Assembly (NCBI GenBank): GCA_964653305.1
Contig: CAZZEV010000002.1
Span: forward strand, 1-35,843
Length of the DNA stretch: 35,843 bases
Source: an uncultured Cellvibrionaceae bacterium
Lineage (GTDB): Bacteria > Pseudomonadota > Gammaproteobacteria > Pseudomonadales > Cellvibrionaceae
Direction of reading: 5' to 3'
The position numbers and the translations under genes were made by a program. Shown here one piece after another: positions 26,087 through 35,301 of this stretch; position 1 is the first letter of the stretch, and the number at the start of each line of letters is the position of its first letter. The notes beneath the pieces were generated by a model that was not told where the DNA came from, did not search any database, and saw only the letters and a list, made by a program, of their open reading frames with translations.

Positions 26087-26671
26087 ATGTTTGTGAAGCG
26101 TTTATTTGACCTGGCTGCTTCTTTTCTGGGTTTGATTTTTTGCTCCTGGTTGATTGTCTTGTGTTGGTTAATAGCCTCTATCGATACAGGTTCAAATGGC
26201 TTTTTTCGGCAGGTACGAGTTGGGCGGCATGGTAAAACCTTTAAGGTGCTTAAAATAAAAACCATGAAGCCTGACTCTAGATGGACGACTACAATTACTA
26301 CATCCAATGACACTCGCATTACAAAAATTGGTTCTTTTTTTCGTAAAACGAAGTTAGATGAGTTGCCTCAGCTCTGGAATGTGTTTGTTGGCGAGATGAG
26401 TTTTGTAGGGCCAAGACCAGATGTCCCCGGCTACGCGGACAAATTGGAACTGAATGTACAAAAAATATTGCTTTCAGTGCGACCTGGAATTACCGGGCCA
26501 GCTAGCCTTGCATATCGTAATGAGGAGCAAATTTTAGCTGCTCAAAAAGATCCAAAACATTTTAATGATGTAGTCATATATCCAGATAAGGTGAGAATTA
26601 ATCTAGATTACATAGCTAATTGGCGATTCAGTACGGACATGTATTATATTATGCTAACATTTTTGGATTAG
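26087..26671 (+). CDS. small monotopic phosphoglycosyl transferase (PglC/ItrA-type initiating transferase)
   Basis: KRLFD, FFRQVRVG, KIKTM, RKTKLDELPQLWNV..GEMSFVGPRP, RPGITG. Confidence 0.92.
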   Translation: MFVKRLFDLAASFLGLIFCSWLIVLCWLIASIDTGSNGFFRQVRVGRHGKTFKVLKIKTMKPDSRWTTTITTSNDTRITKIGSFFRKTKLDELPQLWNVFVGEMSFVGPRPDVPGYADKLELNVQKILLSVRPGITGPASLAYRNEEQILAAQKDPKHFNDVVIYPDKVRINLDYIANWRFSTDMYYIMLTFLD

Positions 26672-26673
26672 TT

Positions 26674-27906
26674 ATGCTTAACACATTATTTTCTCCATGG
26701 CCGAGTTTTACGCTCGAAGAATTGAATGCAGTAAATCGTGTTCTGATGAGTAATAAGGTAAACTATTGGACCGGTACGGAATGCCGCCAGTTTGAAGATG
26801 AATTTAGTAGGTGGGTTGGCACTAGACACGCAGTAGCTCTATCGAATGGAACTCTGGCACTAGACGTTGCGCTAAAGGCTTTGAACATAGGACCAGGTGA
26901 TGAGGTGGTGGTAACCCCTCGTACCTTTATTGCGAGTGTGTCGTGTGTGGTAAACGCAGGAGCAATCCCAGTATTTGCAGATGTGGATGCAAATAGCGGA
27001 AACATAACCGCTCAGACAATCGCTGCCGTACTAACACGTAAAACAAAAGCTGTTATTTGTGTGCATTTGGCGGGCTGGCCATGTGATATGGATCCCATCA
27101 TGGATTTGGCAATAGAGCATGGCCTCAAAGTAATTGAGGACTGCGCGCAGGCCCATGGCGCAAGCTACAAGGGGCGTAAAGTTGGCAGCATCGGTCATGT
27201 GGGGGCCTGGAGCTTTTGCCAAGACAAGATCATGACCACCGGTGGCGAAGGGGGGATGGTTACTACCAACGAAGAAGCCTTGTGGCGCTCGATGTGGGCC
27301 TTCAAAGATCACGGTAAGAGCTACGATGCAGTTTACGAGCGCCATCACCCTGCTGGTTTTCGCTGGTTACACGAAAGCTTTGGCACTAATTGGCGAATGC
27401 TGGAAATGCAAGCGGCTATTGGTCGCATCCAACTGCGGCGAATGGCTGACTGGACTGCTCGTCGTCGGGCGCATGCGGCAGCCTTGGCCCGGGCTCTGAA
27501 GCCTTTTGATTCCGTGAATGGTCCAGCCAGGCTGCCGCTGCTGGGATGTGCTGGTGCAAAGGGGTGCGCCGATGCAAATGCCTGTAGCAAAGGTTGTACG
27601 CATGGCCACTACAAGTTCTATGCCTATGTGCGGCCGCAAAATTTTGCTCCAGGTTGGAGTCGAGACCGTATTATCGAAGCTATTAACGCTGAAGGTGTAC
27701 CCTGCTACCAGGGAAGCTGTTCTGAGGTCTACCAAGAAAAAGCGTTTGATGGAACTGGATGGCGCCCTGCGCAACGTTTGCCAGTTGCAAGTGAGCTAGG
27801 CGAGACATCGTTGATGTTCCTTGTTCACCCAACACTGACAGATGCAGAAATTTCAAAAACTTGCTTAGTCATTCGGCAGGTAATGAGTCAAGCGTCAAAG
27901 TACTAA
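26674..27906 (+). CDS. DegT/DnrJ sugar C4-aminotransferase (QhbB/WeeJ/PglE-like)
   Basis: MLNT.FSPWPSF, KVNYWTG, IEDCAQAHGA, WSFCQDKIMTTGGEGG, GTNWRM, ETSLMFLVHPTL. ATG at 26674. Confidence 0.92.
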   Translation: MLNTLFSPWPSFTLEELNAVNRVLMSNKVNYWTGTECRQFEDEFSRWVGTRHAVALSNGTLALDVALKALNIGPGDEVVVTPRTFIASVSCVVNAGAIPVFADVDANSGNITAQTIAAVLTRKTKAVICVHLAGWPCDMDPIMDLAIEHGLKVIEDCAQAHGASYKGRKVGSIGHVGAWSFCQDKIMTTGGEGGMVTTNEEALWRSMWAFKDHGKSYDAVYERHHPAGFRWLHESFGTNWRMLEMQAAIGRIQLRRMADWTARRRAHAAALARALKPFDSVNGPARLPLLGCAGAKGCADANACSKGCTHGHYKFYAYVRPQNFAPGWSRDRIIEAINAEGVPCYQGSCSEVYQEKAFDGTGWRPAQRLPVASELGETSLMFLVHPTLTDAEISKTCLVIRQVMSQASKY

Positions 27907-28303
27907 GGTCTGCATCTGTTCAATTCTTGGGCAAACACGATCAGCAATAAGATCACGGTATTGGTTTTAGCCGTGCAGCTAGTAGGCGTAATTTTTGGAA
28001 TAATTACATTAGCCTTTAATAAGACATTTCCGTCACCTACTGGCGTCAAACACTTGTAGATGTGTTGAACAATATACTCACTGAGCCCTGCTCTTCGGGT
28101 AAGTGCCTTGCAAATTCTTGAGATGCTCCTTTCACGCAAACCACGATGATTGATCCTAGTAACCTGATTCTTCTATAAATCTTCCCTCATGTTGATTTGT
28201 GGGGCAGATAAACAGTGTTGCAGCGCTTTAGTCGCGTCAGATGTCCGCTATAACTTAACTGCCCTTACACACGATTGTTCAAACGAAAAGTTAACAAACA
28301 TTA

Positions 28304-30253
28304 ATGACTAACAAATTCATTAAGCGAAGCCTCCTATCGGCACCACGCTTACTCAAGCAGATTATTGTTCTAGGTCTGGATGTGGTCATGGCCGTATTTA
28401 GCGCTCTGGTTCCGCTAGCACTGCGCCTAGAGGACGAATTAAAGTTTGGCTGGGGGCTTTGCGTGTTTTTGCTGTCAAGTATCTTGATTGCGGTGCCAGT
28501 GTTCAGGTTCTTTGGCCTTTACAGGTCAATCTTTCGCTATTCTGGATTGGAGGTGGTTTACGCTCTCAACAAGGCAATTATTGTATATACAGTGCTGTTC
28601 GTGTTGTTGTTCACTGTAGTAGGTGTGAACGGTGTGCCGCGCTCTATGGGGTTAGCCCAGCCAATGCTTTTTGCCTTTTTGGTTATGAGCTCACGTCTGT
28701 TTGCGCACTACTGGCTCGGTGGCATTGGCTTGAAATCACGCATTCAACAAGCCCGAGCGGTATTGATCTACGGTGCTGGAGCGGCAGGTCGGCAGCTGGC
28801 AAATAGTATCTATCATTCGCAAGAGCTGGTCACGGTAGGCTATGTAGACGATGATGAGCGATTGCACGGGCAGTACCTTAATGGCCTGCAGATCTTTGGC
28901 CCACAAGATGTGGCCGAGGTGGTGGTGAACAAAAATGTCAGCGAGATTTACTTGGCCTTGCCCTCTGTCGCCCGCAGTCGGCGCAATGAGATCATTGCAC
29001 TGCTCAAGCCGTTACCTGCCAAGGTGTTGACCTTGCCCAGTTTGATGGATCTGACCAGCGGCAAGGTCGCAGTTTCTGACCTCACGGAGCTGGACATTGA
29101 AGACCTTTTAGGGCGCGAATCTGTGGCTCCCAGTCCGCGCATGCTAACCAAAAACATCACGGGTAAGACAGTCATGGTTACCGGTGCAGGTGGTTCGATT
29201 GGCTCAGAGCTGTGTAGACAAATTGTAAAGGCTGCACCTGCAGTGCTGCTACTTGTCGAGATGACTGAGTTCGCGCTTTATGACATAGAGCATGAATTGC
29301 AAAAAATGGTTTCTGACGTATTCATGGGAAATGTGCGGTTGGTGTCATTACTTGCAAACGTGCGTGATACTTCGCGCTTGGACGAAATTTTGTGCACTTG
29401 GAAACCGCATACGATTTATCATGCGGCAGCATATAAGCATGTGCCCTTGGTTGAATACAACCCAGCAGAAGGTGTGAAGAATAATGTATTGGGCACGCTC
29501 AATGCTGCGCTATTGGCTGCCAAACATGAAGTAGGAGCCTTTGTGTTGATCAGCACCGACAAGGCGGTCCGGCCCACCAATGTTATGGGGGCGAGCAAAA
29601 GATTGGCCGAGATGATTCTGCAGGCGCAAGCTTTGCTCATGTCTGAATCGGATGGTAAGACGTGTTTCAGTATGGTGAGGTTTGGCAATGTGCTGGGTTC
29701 TTCAGGCTCGGTCGTGCCGCTGTTTCGTAGGCAAATCAAAGATGGCGGCCCCATCACATTGACGGATGAGCGAATCACCCGTTACTTCATGACCATTCCC
29801 GAGGCCGCGCAACTGGTGATTCAGGCTGGCGCTATGGCCAGCGGCGGTGATGTATTTGTGCTGGATATGGGGGATCCAGTAAAGATTGCTGATTTGGCTA
29901 AGCGCTTGATAGAGTTATCGGGTTTGAGTGTTAGAGAAGATGCAAATCCTAATGGGGACATTGAAATTAAAGTTACAGGGTTGCGACCCGGTGAAAAGCT
30001 CTATGAAGAACTGTTGATTGGCGACAATCCTTTGCCTACGGCGCATAGCCGGATTATGAAAGCCCGTGAAGACTTTTTACCGTGGGATGTATTGCAAGCT
30101 AAGCTAAGCGATCTTGAGTTGGCATTAGACTCCAATGACGTACCTTTGATTCTTGCAAAGCTAAAAGATCTGGTGCCTGGCTACCAAACAGAGGGATTAG
30201 TGGCGGACTGGGTGTGGTTGACTTGTCAACAGGGAAATAAAGAGCAACGTTGA
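28304..30253 (+). CDS. membrane-bound UDP-GlcNAc 4,6-dehydratase (WbpM/PglF/CapD family)
   Basis: Four N-terminal TMs, IYGAGAAG, EDLLGRE, VTGAGGSIGSELC, HAAAYKHVP, STDKAVRPTNVMGASK, RFGNVLGSSGSV, RPGEKLYEEL. Confidence 0.95.
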   Translation: MTNKFIKRSLLSAPRLLKQIIVLGLDVVMAVFSALVPLALRLEDELKFGWGLCVFLLSSILIAVPVFRFFGLYRSIFRYSGLEVVYALNKAIIVYTVLFVLLFTVVGVNGVPRSMGLAQPMLFAFLVMSSRLFAHYWLGGIGLKSRIQQARAVLIYGAGAAGRQLANSIYHSQELVTVGYVDDDERLHGQYLNGLQIFGPQDVAEVVVNKNVSEIYLALPSVARSRRNEIIALLKPLPAKVLTLPSLMDLTSGKVAVSDLTELDIEDLLGRESVAPSPRMLTKNITGKTVMVTGAGGSIGSELCRQIVKAAPAVLLLVEMTEFALYDIEHELQKMVSDVFMGNVRLVSLLANVRDTSRLDEILCTWKPHTIYHAAAYKHVPLVEYNPAEGVKNNVLGTLNAALLAAKHEVGAFVLISTDKAVRPTNVMGASKRLAEMILQAQALLMSESDGKTCFSMVRFGNVLGSSGSVVPLFRRQIKDGGPITLTDERITRYFMTIPEAAQLVIQAGAMASGGDVFVLDMGDPVKIADLAKRLIELSGLSVREDANPNGDIEIKVTGLRPGEKLYEELLIGDNPLPTAHSRIMKAREDFLPWDVLQAKLSDLELALDSNDVPLILAKLKDLVPGYQTEGLVADWVWLTCQQGNKEQR

Positions 30254-30261
30254 TTAAGCAA

Positions 30262-31593
30262 ATGGAAATAAAAATTAGTTCAATTAGGGCGTGTTGGTTG
30301 AGAGTCATGCCATTCGGGTTGGGTGTTGGAACTTTGCTGTCAATCAGTACCAACCTGCGTATGAACTTCTTTCCTGTCGGGCCTGGTGAGCTGTTGCTGG
30401 CAGCGTTCGCTGCTGTCGGAGTGTTTTACAGCAAGCCTAGGCAGCTATGGAAAATGCCTGTGGTTTTGTTTTGGCTCGTTGCATCAATCGGTATGTTGCT
30501 AGGGGCTTGGTTCGGCACACAACAAGGTGGGCTGGCAATGCACCATAAGATGGCATATGCATTTACGGCCACTGTCACGGTGGGATTGGTGGCGCTGCTG
30601 GCGGAGCTTAGTGATGCTGCTTTTCGCAGAGTTATTTACTGGATATGCACGCTTACAGCCATTAGCTTGTGGTTTGGTTTTGTAGTGTATCTCTCGGGGG
30701 ATGCTGTGCTCGCGCAAAAACTGCACATGGCCGATGCAGGTGATGTGCGTTACTCCGGGTGGTCAATCAACCCCAACCAGTTAGCGCTCTTTTTTGTTCC
30801 GTTGCCAGTGTGGTTGGCCGCTTTTTGGCGTGGTTTTGTCAAACCAACGCGTTGGCAAATGGCTGGATTTGGGTTGTTGTTGTTTGCGCTGATGCTGATG
30901 GGCCTATTGGTGCGCAGTGACGGTTTGTTTGTTGTGTGGGTGTTTGAGTTTGTGATTTTGATCGTGCTGCGCCTACGTTGGGAGAGGAGAGCCAGCCGCA
31001 TGTCGCTCTTCGGTTATGCGCTGATCATGGTGCTGTGTGTATTTTTGGTAAAAACATTTGCGCATGGCGAGGTCCGCAAGTCGGTGCGCTGCGCTGTCGA
31101 AACCTTAAGTCAAGGCGAAGGGTTCTGGTCTGCTAAGTGCTATGACGGACAAGCTTATCAAGACCAAGAGGCTTTTCGTATTGGGTTCAGCAACCCGGTA
31201 GAAAAAACGGGTGTGCGCGAAGAGCTTTGGAAGCATGGCTTGCAGTCCTGGTTGGCATCCCCTTTGGTCGGCTCTGGGCCTGGTGAGTATTCGTGGCACT
31301 ATATCGACGCCAACGGTGGGCGATCAGAAATTATGGAATCGCACAACATCACCATCGATATGCTCACACAAGGCGGTCTATTGGCTGGTGCTTCATGGTT
31401 AGCTCTAGTGTCGTACCTGCTCATACATGCTTGGCGCATTCGAGACTCTTACACTTTCAGCGTGGTGTTGATGATGGCGGCCTTCACTTTTTTTCATAAC
31501 ACGCGACAACCGTATTTTTGGTTTGTATTGGCCATGTCATACGAAGCCATACGCAGAAAGCTTTTTGTATCGAAAACAATCGACAAGGCTTGA
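30262..31593 (+). CDS. O-antigen ligase / Wzy_C-family polytopic membrane protein
   Basis: About 12 TMs, INPNQLA, large loop with R..LW..GL..W.ASPLVG.G and ESHN. Confidence 0.75.
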   Translation: MEIKISSIRACWLRVMPFGLGVGTLLSISTNLRMNFFPVGPGELLLAAFAAVGVFYSKPRQLWKMPVVLFWLVASIGMLLGAWFGTQQGGLAMHHKMAYAFTATVTVGLVALLAELSDAAFRRVIYWICTLTAISLWFGFVVYLSGDAVLAQKLHMADAGDVRYSGWSINPNQLALFFVPLPVWLAAFWRGFVKPTRWQMAGFGLLLFALMLMGLLVRSDGLFVVWVFEFVILIVLRLRWERRASRMSLFGYALIMVLCVFLVKTFAHGEVRKSVRCAVETLSQGEGFWSAKCYDGQAYQDQEAFRIGFSNPVEKTGVREELWKHGLQSWLASPLVGSGPGEYSWHYIDANGGRSEIMESHNITIDMLTQGGLLAGASWLALVSYLLIHAWRIRDSYTFSVVLMMAAFTFFHNTRQPYFWFVLAMSYEAIRRKLFVSKTIDKA

Positions 31594-32846
31594 TGCCTAA
31601 GCCGCACGCCGCACTCCCCGCGCTGGTTGGGCAAATGCTCTTGATGAGCTTGCTTGGCTTGTCGGGGGTTATCTTCGTACCTGTGTTGTTGCGCTGGGTA
31701 GATGTACAGCTGATGGCTACCGTGTTGGTGGCGCAAGTGTATGTGTATTATTTGGTAGTGTTTGTGCAGTTTGGGTTAGGTTGGAGCGGACCAGCAGCAT
31801 TGGCTCGGGCCGCAAGCCCTGCGGCTGTAGCGCTGATCTGGCGCAGTACTGTCAAGGCCAAGCTATGTCTGTTGGTGGGGCCTGCCGCACTTGTGTTTGG
31901 TGTGGGCTATGCCTGTTTAGCAAGTGGGCAGTGGCACTTGCTATGGTTTGTGCTGTTGCTAGCAGCAAGTGCACTCAATTCAAACTGGTTTTTACAAGCG
32001 CAGTACGACTTTTACTCAAGTGTTGGCTATGCGGCTCTGGGCGTAGGAGCTAGCACGCTCATGCTAAGCTCAGGGGCAAACTGGCATGCGCTAGACGGTA
32101 CATGGGTGGTGTTGATACTGGTGATGCCGCAAGTGTGCCTAGGTGTGGGCTCTTGGTGGCGTGCGTGCCAATCATGTGCAAATACGGCTATCTGCGCCGA
32201 ATCTGCCGCGGTGTTAAACAGTCTGAGCATGCTGCGCAAAGATACGCCTTTGGTGGCGTCGCAATTGTTGCTTCTGGCCTCTACAACATCGGGCACATTG
32301 GTAGTGAGCGGACTGGCCAATGAAAACACAACAGCCGCTTATGCGGCAACGGAGAAGTTTTTTAACTTGAGCGCCACGGTGTTGGTGGGTTTGTACATGG
32401 CGATGTACCCACGCTTTGCAGATTGGTTTTATTTAAAGCGAGCTGTGTATTGGCAAAAAACAAAGCACTTGATGCTATCTGCTTTGATGGGCGGGGTGTT
32501 GTTGGTCGCGCTTTTGCACCAATACGGATCGTGGCTCATGGCGGTGTATTTACCAGAGACTTTGGCGCAAGAGGTGCTGCCCGTGTTGCTACCTTTTGCC
32601 TTGTGGCTTGGGCTGTGCATCAGCCAACATGTGCTGACCAGTTATTTGGTACTTGCCGAGCGCAACCACATGGTGCTGTTGGCTAATGCTGCGGTGCTGG
32701 CCGTGACGGTGTTAGTTGGCTACCCCTTAGCGCGCCACAACCCCGTGGCTTGGGTGTATGGCATGATAGCGGGACAAGTGCTGGCCTTGGTGTGGCTGTT
32801 GCAGTTGTATTGCAAAGATCGAAAAGATCAAGTGGTGCCAGCATGA
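31593..32846 (+). CDS. second Wzx-like oligosaccharide flippase
   Basis: About 12 TMs, VQFGLGWSG, NWFLQA, AAYAATEK, YPRF. TGATG coupling with the upstream gene. Confidence 0.72.
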   Translation: MPKPHAALPALVGQMLLMSLLGLSGVIFVPVLLRWVDVQLMATVLVAQVYVYYLVVFVQFGLGWSGPAALARAASPAAVALIWRSTVKAKLCLLVGPAALVFGVGYACLASGQWHLLWFVLLLAASALNSNWFLQAQYDFYSSVGYAALGVGASTLMLSSGANWHALDGTWVVLILVMPQVCLGVGSWWRACQSCANTAICAESAAVLNSLSMLRKDTPLVASQLLLLASTTSGTLVVSGLANENTTAAYAATEKFFNLSATVLVGLYMAMYPRFADWFYLKRAVYWQKTKHLMLSALMGGVLLVALLHQYGSWLMAVYLPETLAQEVLPVLLPFALWLGLCISQHVLTSYLVLAERNHMVLLANAAVLAVTVLVGYPLARHNPVAWVYGMIAGQVLALVWLLQLYCKDRKDQVVPA

Positions 32847-33940
32847 AAATTTTGCACATAACCGAGTCGCTGGGGGCGGGGGTGGGGTATTTTCTGGTAC
32901 TCGCTACACGTGGCCAAGTCGCGGCAGGGCACGAGGTAGTACTGGCGCATTCCATTAGGTCCGATACACCTGTGGAACACCTCGATACGCAGTTCGTACA
33001 TGTGCCTAATCGCATTGTAGTGCCGATGGTGAAACCTGTGTCTTTGCTAAAAGATGCACACAGCGTTTGGCACTTGATGCGACTGATGCGGCAAGAACAA
33101 CCGGATGTGATTCACTTGCATTCATCCAAAGCCGGTGTCCTAGGGCGCGTGGCTGCATGGTTGGTGGGTAGTCCTGCGCAGATTTTTTATTCGCCACATG
33201 GGTTTGCTTTTTTGAGGCAAGACGTTTCCAAGCTCAAGCGGAAGCTGTATTTGGTGTTTGAGCAAGTGGCAACCAAGCTTGGCGGCACATTGGTTGCTTG
33301 CTCTGGCTCAGAGGCAGAGTTGGCCGTGGACAAGGTTTGCCACCCGCATGTGCACTTGGTAGAAAATGCCACTGACTTTAACGAGGTGCAGTTGTCGGCA
33401 GGCAGTGCCGATAGCTGTGTCAATGTGTTAAACGCTGGGCGTTTGTGTTACCAAAAAGGGCCATGGCGTTTTGCCGCGGTAGCGCAAGCATGCACAGATT
33501 TAGCCGCGCGTTTTGTTTGGTTGGGAGATGGTGATTGGGCGCTGAGCTCGGCACCTGCCCGTTCACCTAATTTGCAAATCACGGGATGGCTTACTCACAC
33601 AGAAGTAGTCAATCACTTAGCGCAAGCCGATGTGTTTTTGATGCCGTCGTTGTGGGAGGGCATGCCGTTGGCTTTGATCGAAGCCCAAGCCGCAGGTGTA
33701 CCTGCGGTGGTGCCCAATGTGGCGGGGTGCCGTGATGTGGTGCAAGATGGGGTCACGGGTTTTGTGTGCAACACCGATGAAGACTTGTGCGCCCGCACGC
33801 GTGAGCTGATACAAGACACCGCTTTGCGCAAACGCATGGGAGCCAATGCAGCTCGTATAGCGCACACACGGTTTTCCGTGGCGAGAATGAATGATGAGTT
33901 GCTACTTTTGTATGCCAATTACCCATGGGCCTTGAAGTGA
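32843..33940 (+). CDS. GT4 glycosyltransferase
   Basis: MKILHITES, HLHSSKAGVLGR, YSPHG, PSLWEGMPLALIEA, GVTGF. ATGA overlap with the upstream stop. Confidence 0.92.
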   Translation: MKILHITESLGAGVGYFLVLATRGQVAAGHEVVLAHSIRSDTPVEHLDTQFVHVPNRIVVPMVKPVSLLKDAHSVWHLMRLMRQEQPDVIHLHSSKAGVLGRVAAWLVGSPAQIFYSPHGFAFLRQDVSKLKRKLYLVFEQVATKLGGTLVACSGSEAELAVDKVCHPHVHLVENATDFNEVQLSAGSADSCVNVLNAGRLCYQKGPWRFAAVAQACTDLAARFVWLGDGDWALSSAPARSPNLQITGWLTHTEVVNHLAQADVFLMPSLWEGMPLALIEAQAAGVPAVVPNVAGCRDVVQDGVTGFVCNTDEDLCARTRELIQDTALRKRMGANAARIAHTRFSVARMNDELLLLYANYPWALK

Positions 33941-35280
33941 AAGTCACCTCTTCCATAACGCCTTATGTCGTGAAGTTAGTGGATGCTGCGCTAATTTTAG
34001 TAGCAGCTTATTTGGCCTTGCATGCCCGCCGGTTTTTAGATCTGCCCACAGAAATGCCAGTCAAGTTCATCACAGGCTATGATGGTTTGGGTTTGATTGG
34101 TGCGTTGCTGTTCACGTTTTTTTCCGGTCGTGTATCTGGCTCGTGGCGTGCTGAGCAAATGCCCGCCATGTTGGCAAAGCTCACCGCGCGGTGGTGCATG
34201 GTGGGAGGGGTGTTGTTGCTTTGGTTGTTTGCATTCAAGGTGTCGCAAGAGTTTTCACGGGCGTGGTTTGCCTTGTGGATGGTGTCTGCGGTGGCGTTGA
34301 TGTGGCTAGGTCGTATCGCCATTTATTTGGTACTTCGCAGTTTGCGAGAGCAAGGCATTGGCCTGCGGAAATTGGCGTTGGTAGGCTCGGATGCGGCCAT
34401 TGCCTGCTTGCAAGCACGCATGTATTCGTCAGGTTGGTCTGGCTATGAAGTGTCGCAAGTGGTGAATACAGATGATACGGCTCGACTCGAAGCGCTGGCG
34501 GTATTGTCGATGGATGAGATTTGGATCACCTTGCCACTCGGGGATTCGCAGGCGATGCAACATGCCTTGCATGCCATGCGCCACAGTGCTGCTTCAATTC
34601 GGTTGGTGCCTGATTTGTTGACCTTGCGGCTAATCAACCACGGCATGACTGAAGTGATGGGTGTGCCGATGTATGACGTATCAACCTCGCCCATGACAGG
34701 GATGAACCAACTGCTGAAGTGGCTAGAAGATAAAGTTTTATCGTCGCTGATATTGACGCTTATCAGCCCTGTCATGTTGGTTGTTGCGTTGGGGGTCAAG
34801 CTGAGCTCGCCTGGGCCCGTGTTTTACAGGCAAGAGCGGGTAGGTCTTAACAACCGCTCGTTTGAAATGCTGAAGTTTCGCTCGATGCCGGTTGATGTAG
34901 AAAAAGACGGTATTCGTTGGGGCGGTGCGACCAATAAAACCACCACATGGTTTGGGCAATTCATCCGCCAAACCAGTCTAGACGAGTTACCTCAGTTTTT
35001 GAATGTGTTGCGGGGCGATATGTCTATCGTCGGGCCTCGCCCTGAGCGGCCAATGTTTGTGGAGCAATTCAAAGAAGAAATTCCAGATTACATGAAAAAG
35101 CACTTGGTGAAGGCCGGTATCACCGGATGGGCCCAGGTGCATGGCTGGCGTGGTGACACAGACTTGAAAACGCGCATTGAGTTTGATCTGTACTACATAG
35201 AAAACTGGTCGATTTGGCTTGACTTGAAAATCATTGCCTTGACGCTGTTCAAAGGAATTTTGAGCAAAAATGCTCGCTGA
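33937..35280 (+). CDS. wcaJ: undecaprenyl-phosphate glucose phosphotransferase
   Basis: N-terminal TMs, KWLEDK, KFRSM, RQTSLDELPQFLNVL.GDMSIVGPRP, YMKKHLVKAGITGWAQV.GWRGDT.L, DLYYIENWS. Confidence 0.92.
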   Translation: MKVTSSITPYVVKLVDAALILVAAYLALHARRFLDLPTEMPVKFITGYDGLGLIGALLFTFFSGRVSGSWRAEQMPAMLAKLTARWCMVGGVLLLWLFAFKVSQEFSRAWFALWMVSAVALMWLGRIAIYLVLRSLREQGIGLRKLALVGSDAAIACLQARMYSSGWSGYEVSQVVNTDDTARLEALAVLSMDEIWITLPLGDSQAMQHALHAMRHSAASIRLVPDLLTLRLINHGMTEVMGVPMYDVSTSPMTGMNQLLKWLEDKVLSSLILTLISPVMLVVALGVKLSSPGPVFYRQERVGLNNRSFEMLKFRSMPVDVEKDGIRWGGATNKTTTWFGQFIRQTSLDELPQFLNVLRGDMSIVGPRPERPMFVEQFKEEIPDYMKKHLVKAGITGWAQVHGWRGDTDLKTRIEFDLYYIENWSIWLDLKIIALTLFKGILSKNAR

Positions 35281-35301
35281 TGAAATTTAAAAGAGAAACG
35301 C

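Noticed and set aside
27903-28303. About 400-nt gap with a 78-aa minus-strand ORF and a TATAAC hexamer
   Set aside because: No recognisable protein motif, RBS, IS end or good -35. An internal promoter is possible but unsupported.
226-34971. Numerous antisense and alternate-frame ORFs in the track (e.g. 10884..11480, 25918..26319, 27367..27774)
   Set aside because: They overlap well-supported + strand genes and lack motifs, so they are treated as shadow ORFs.
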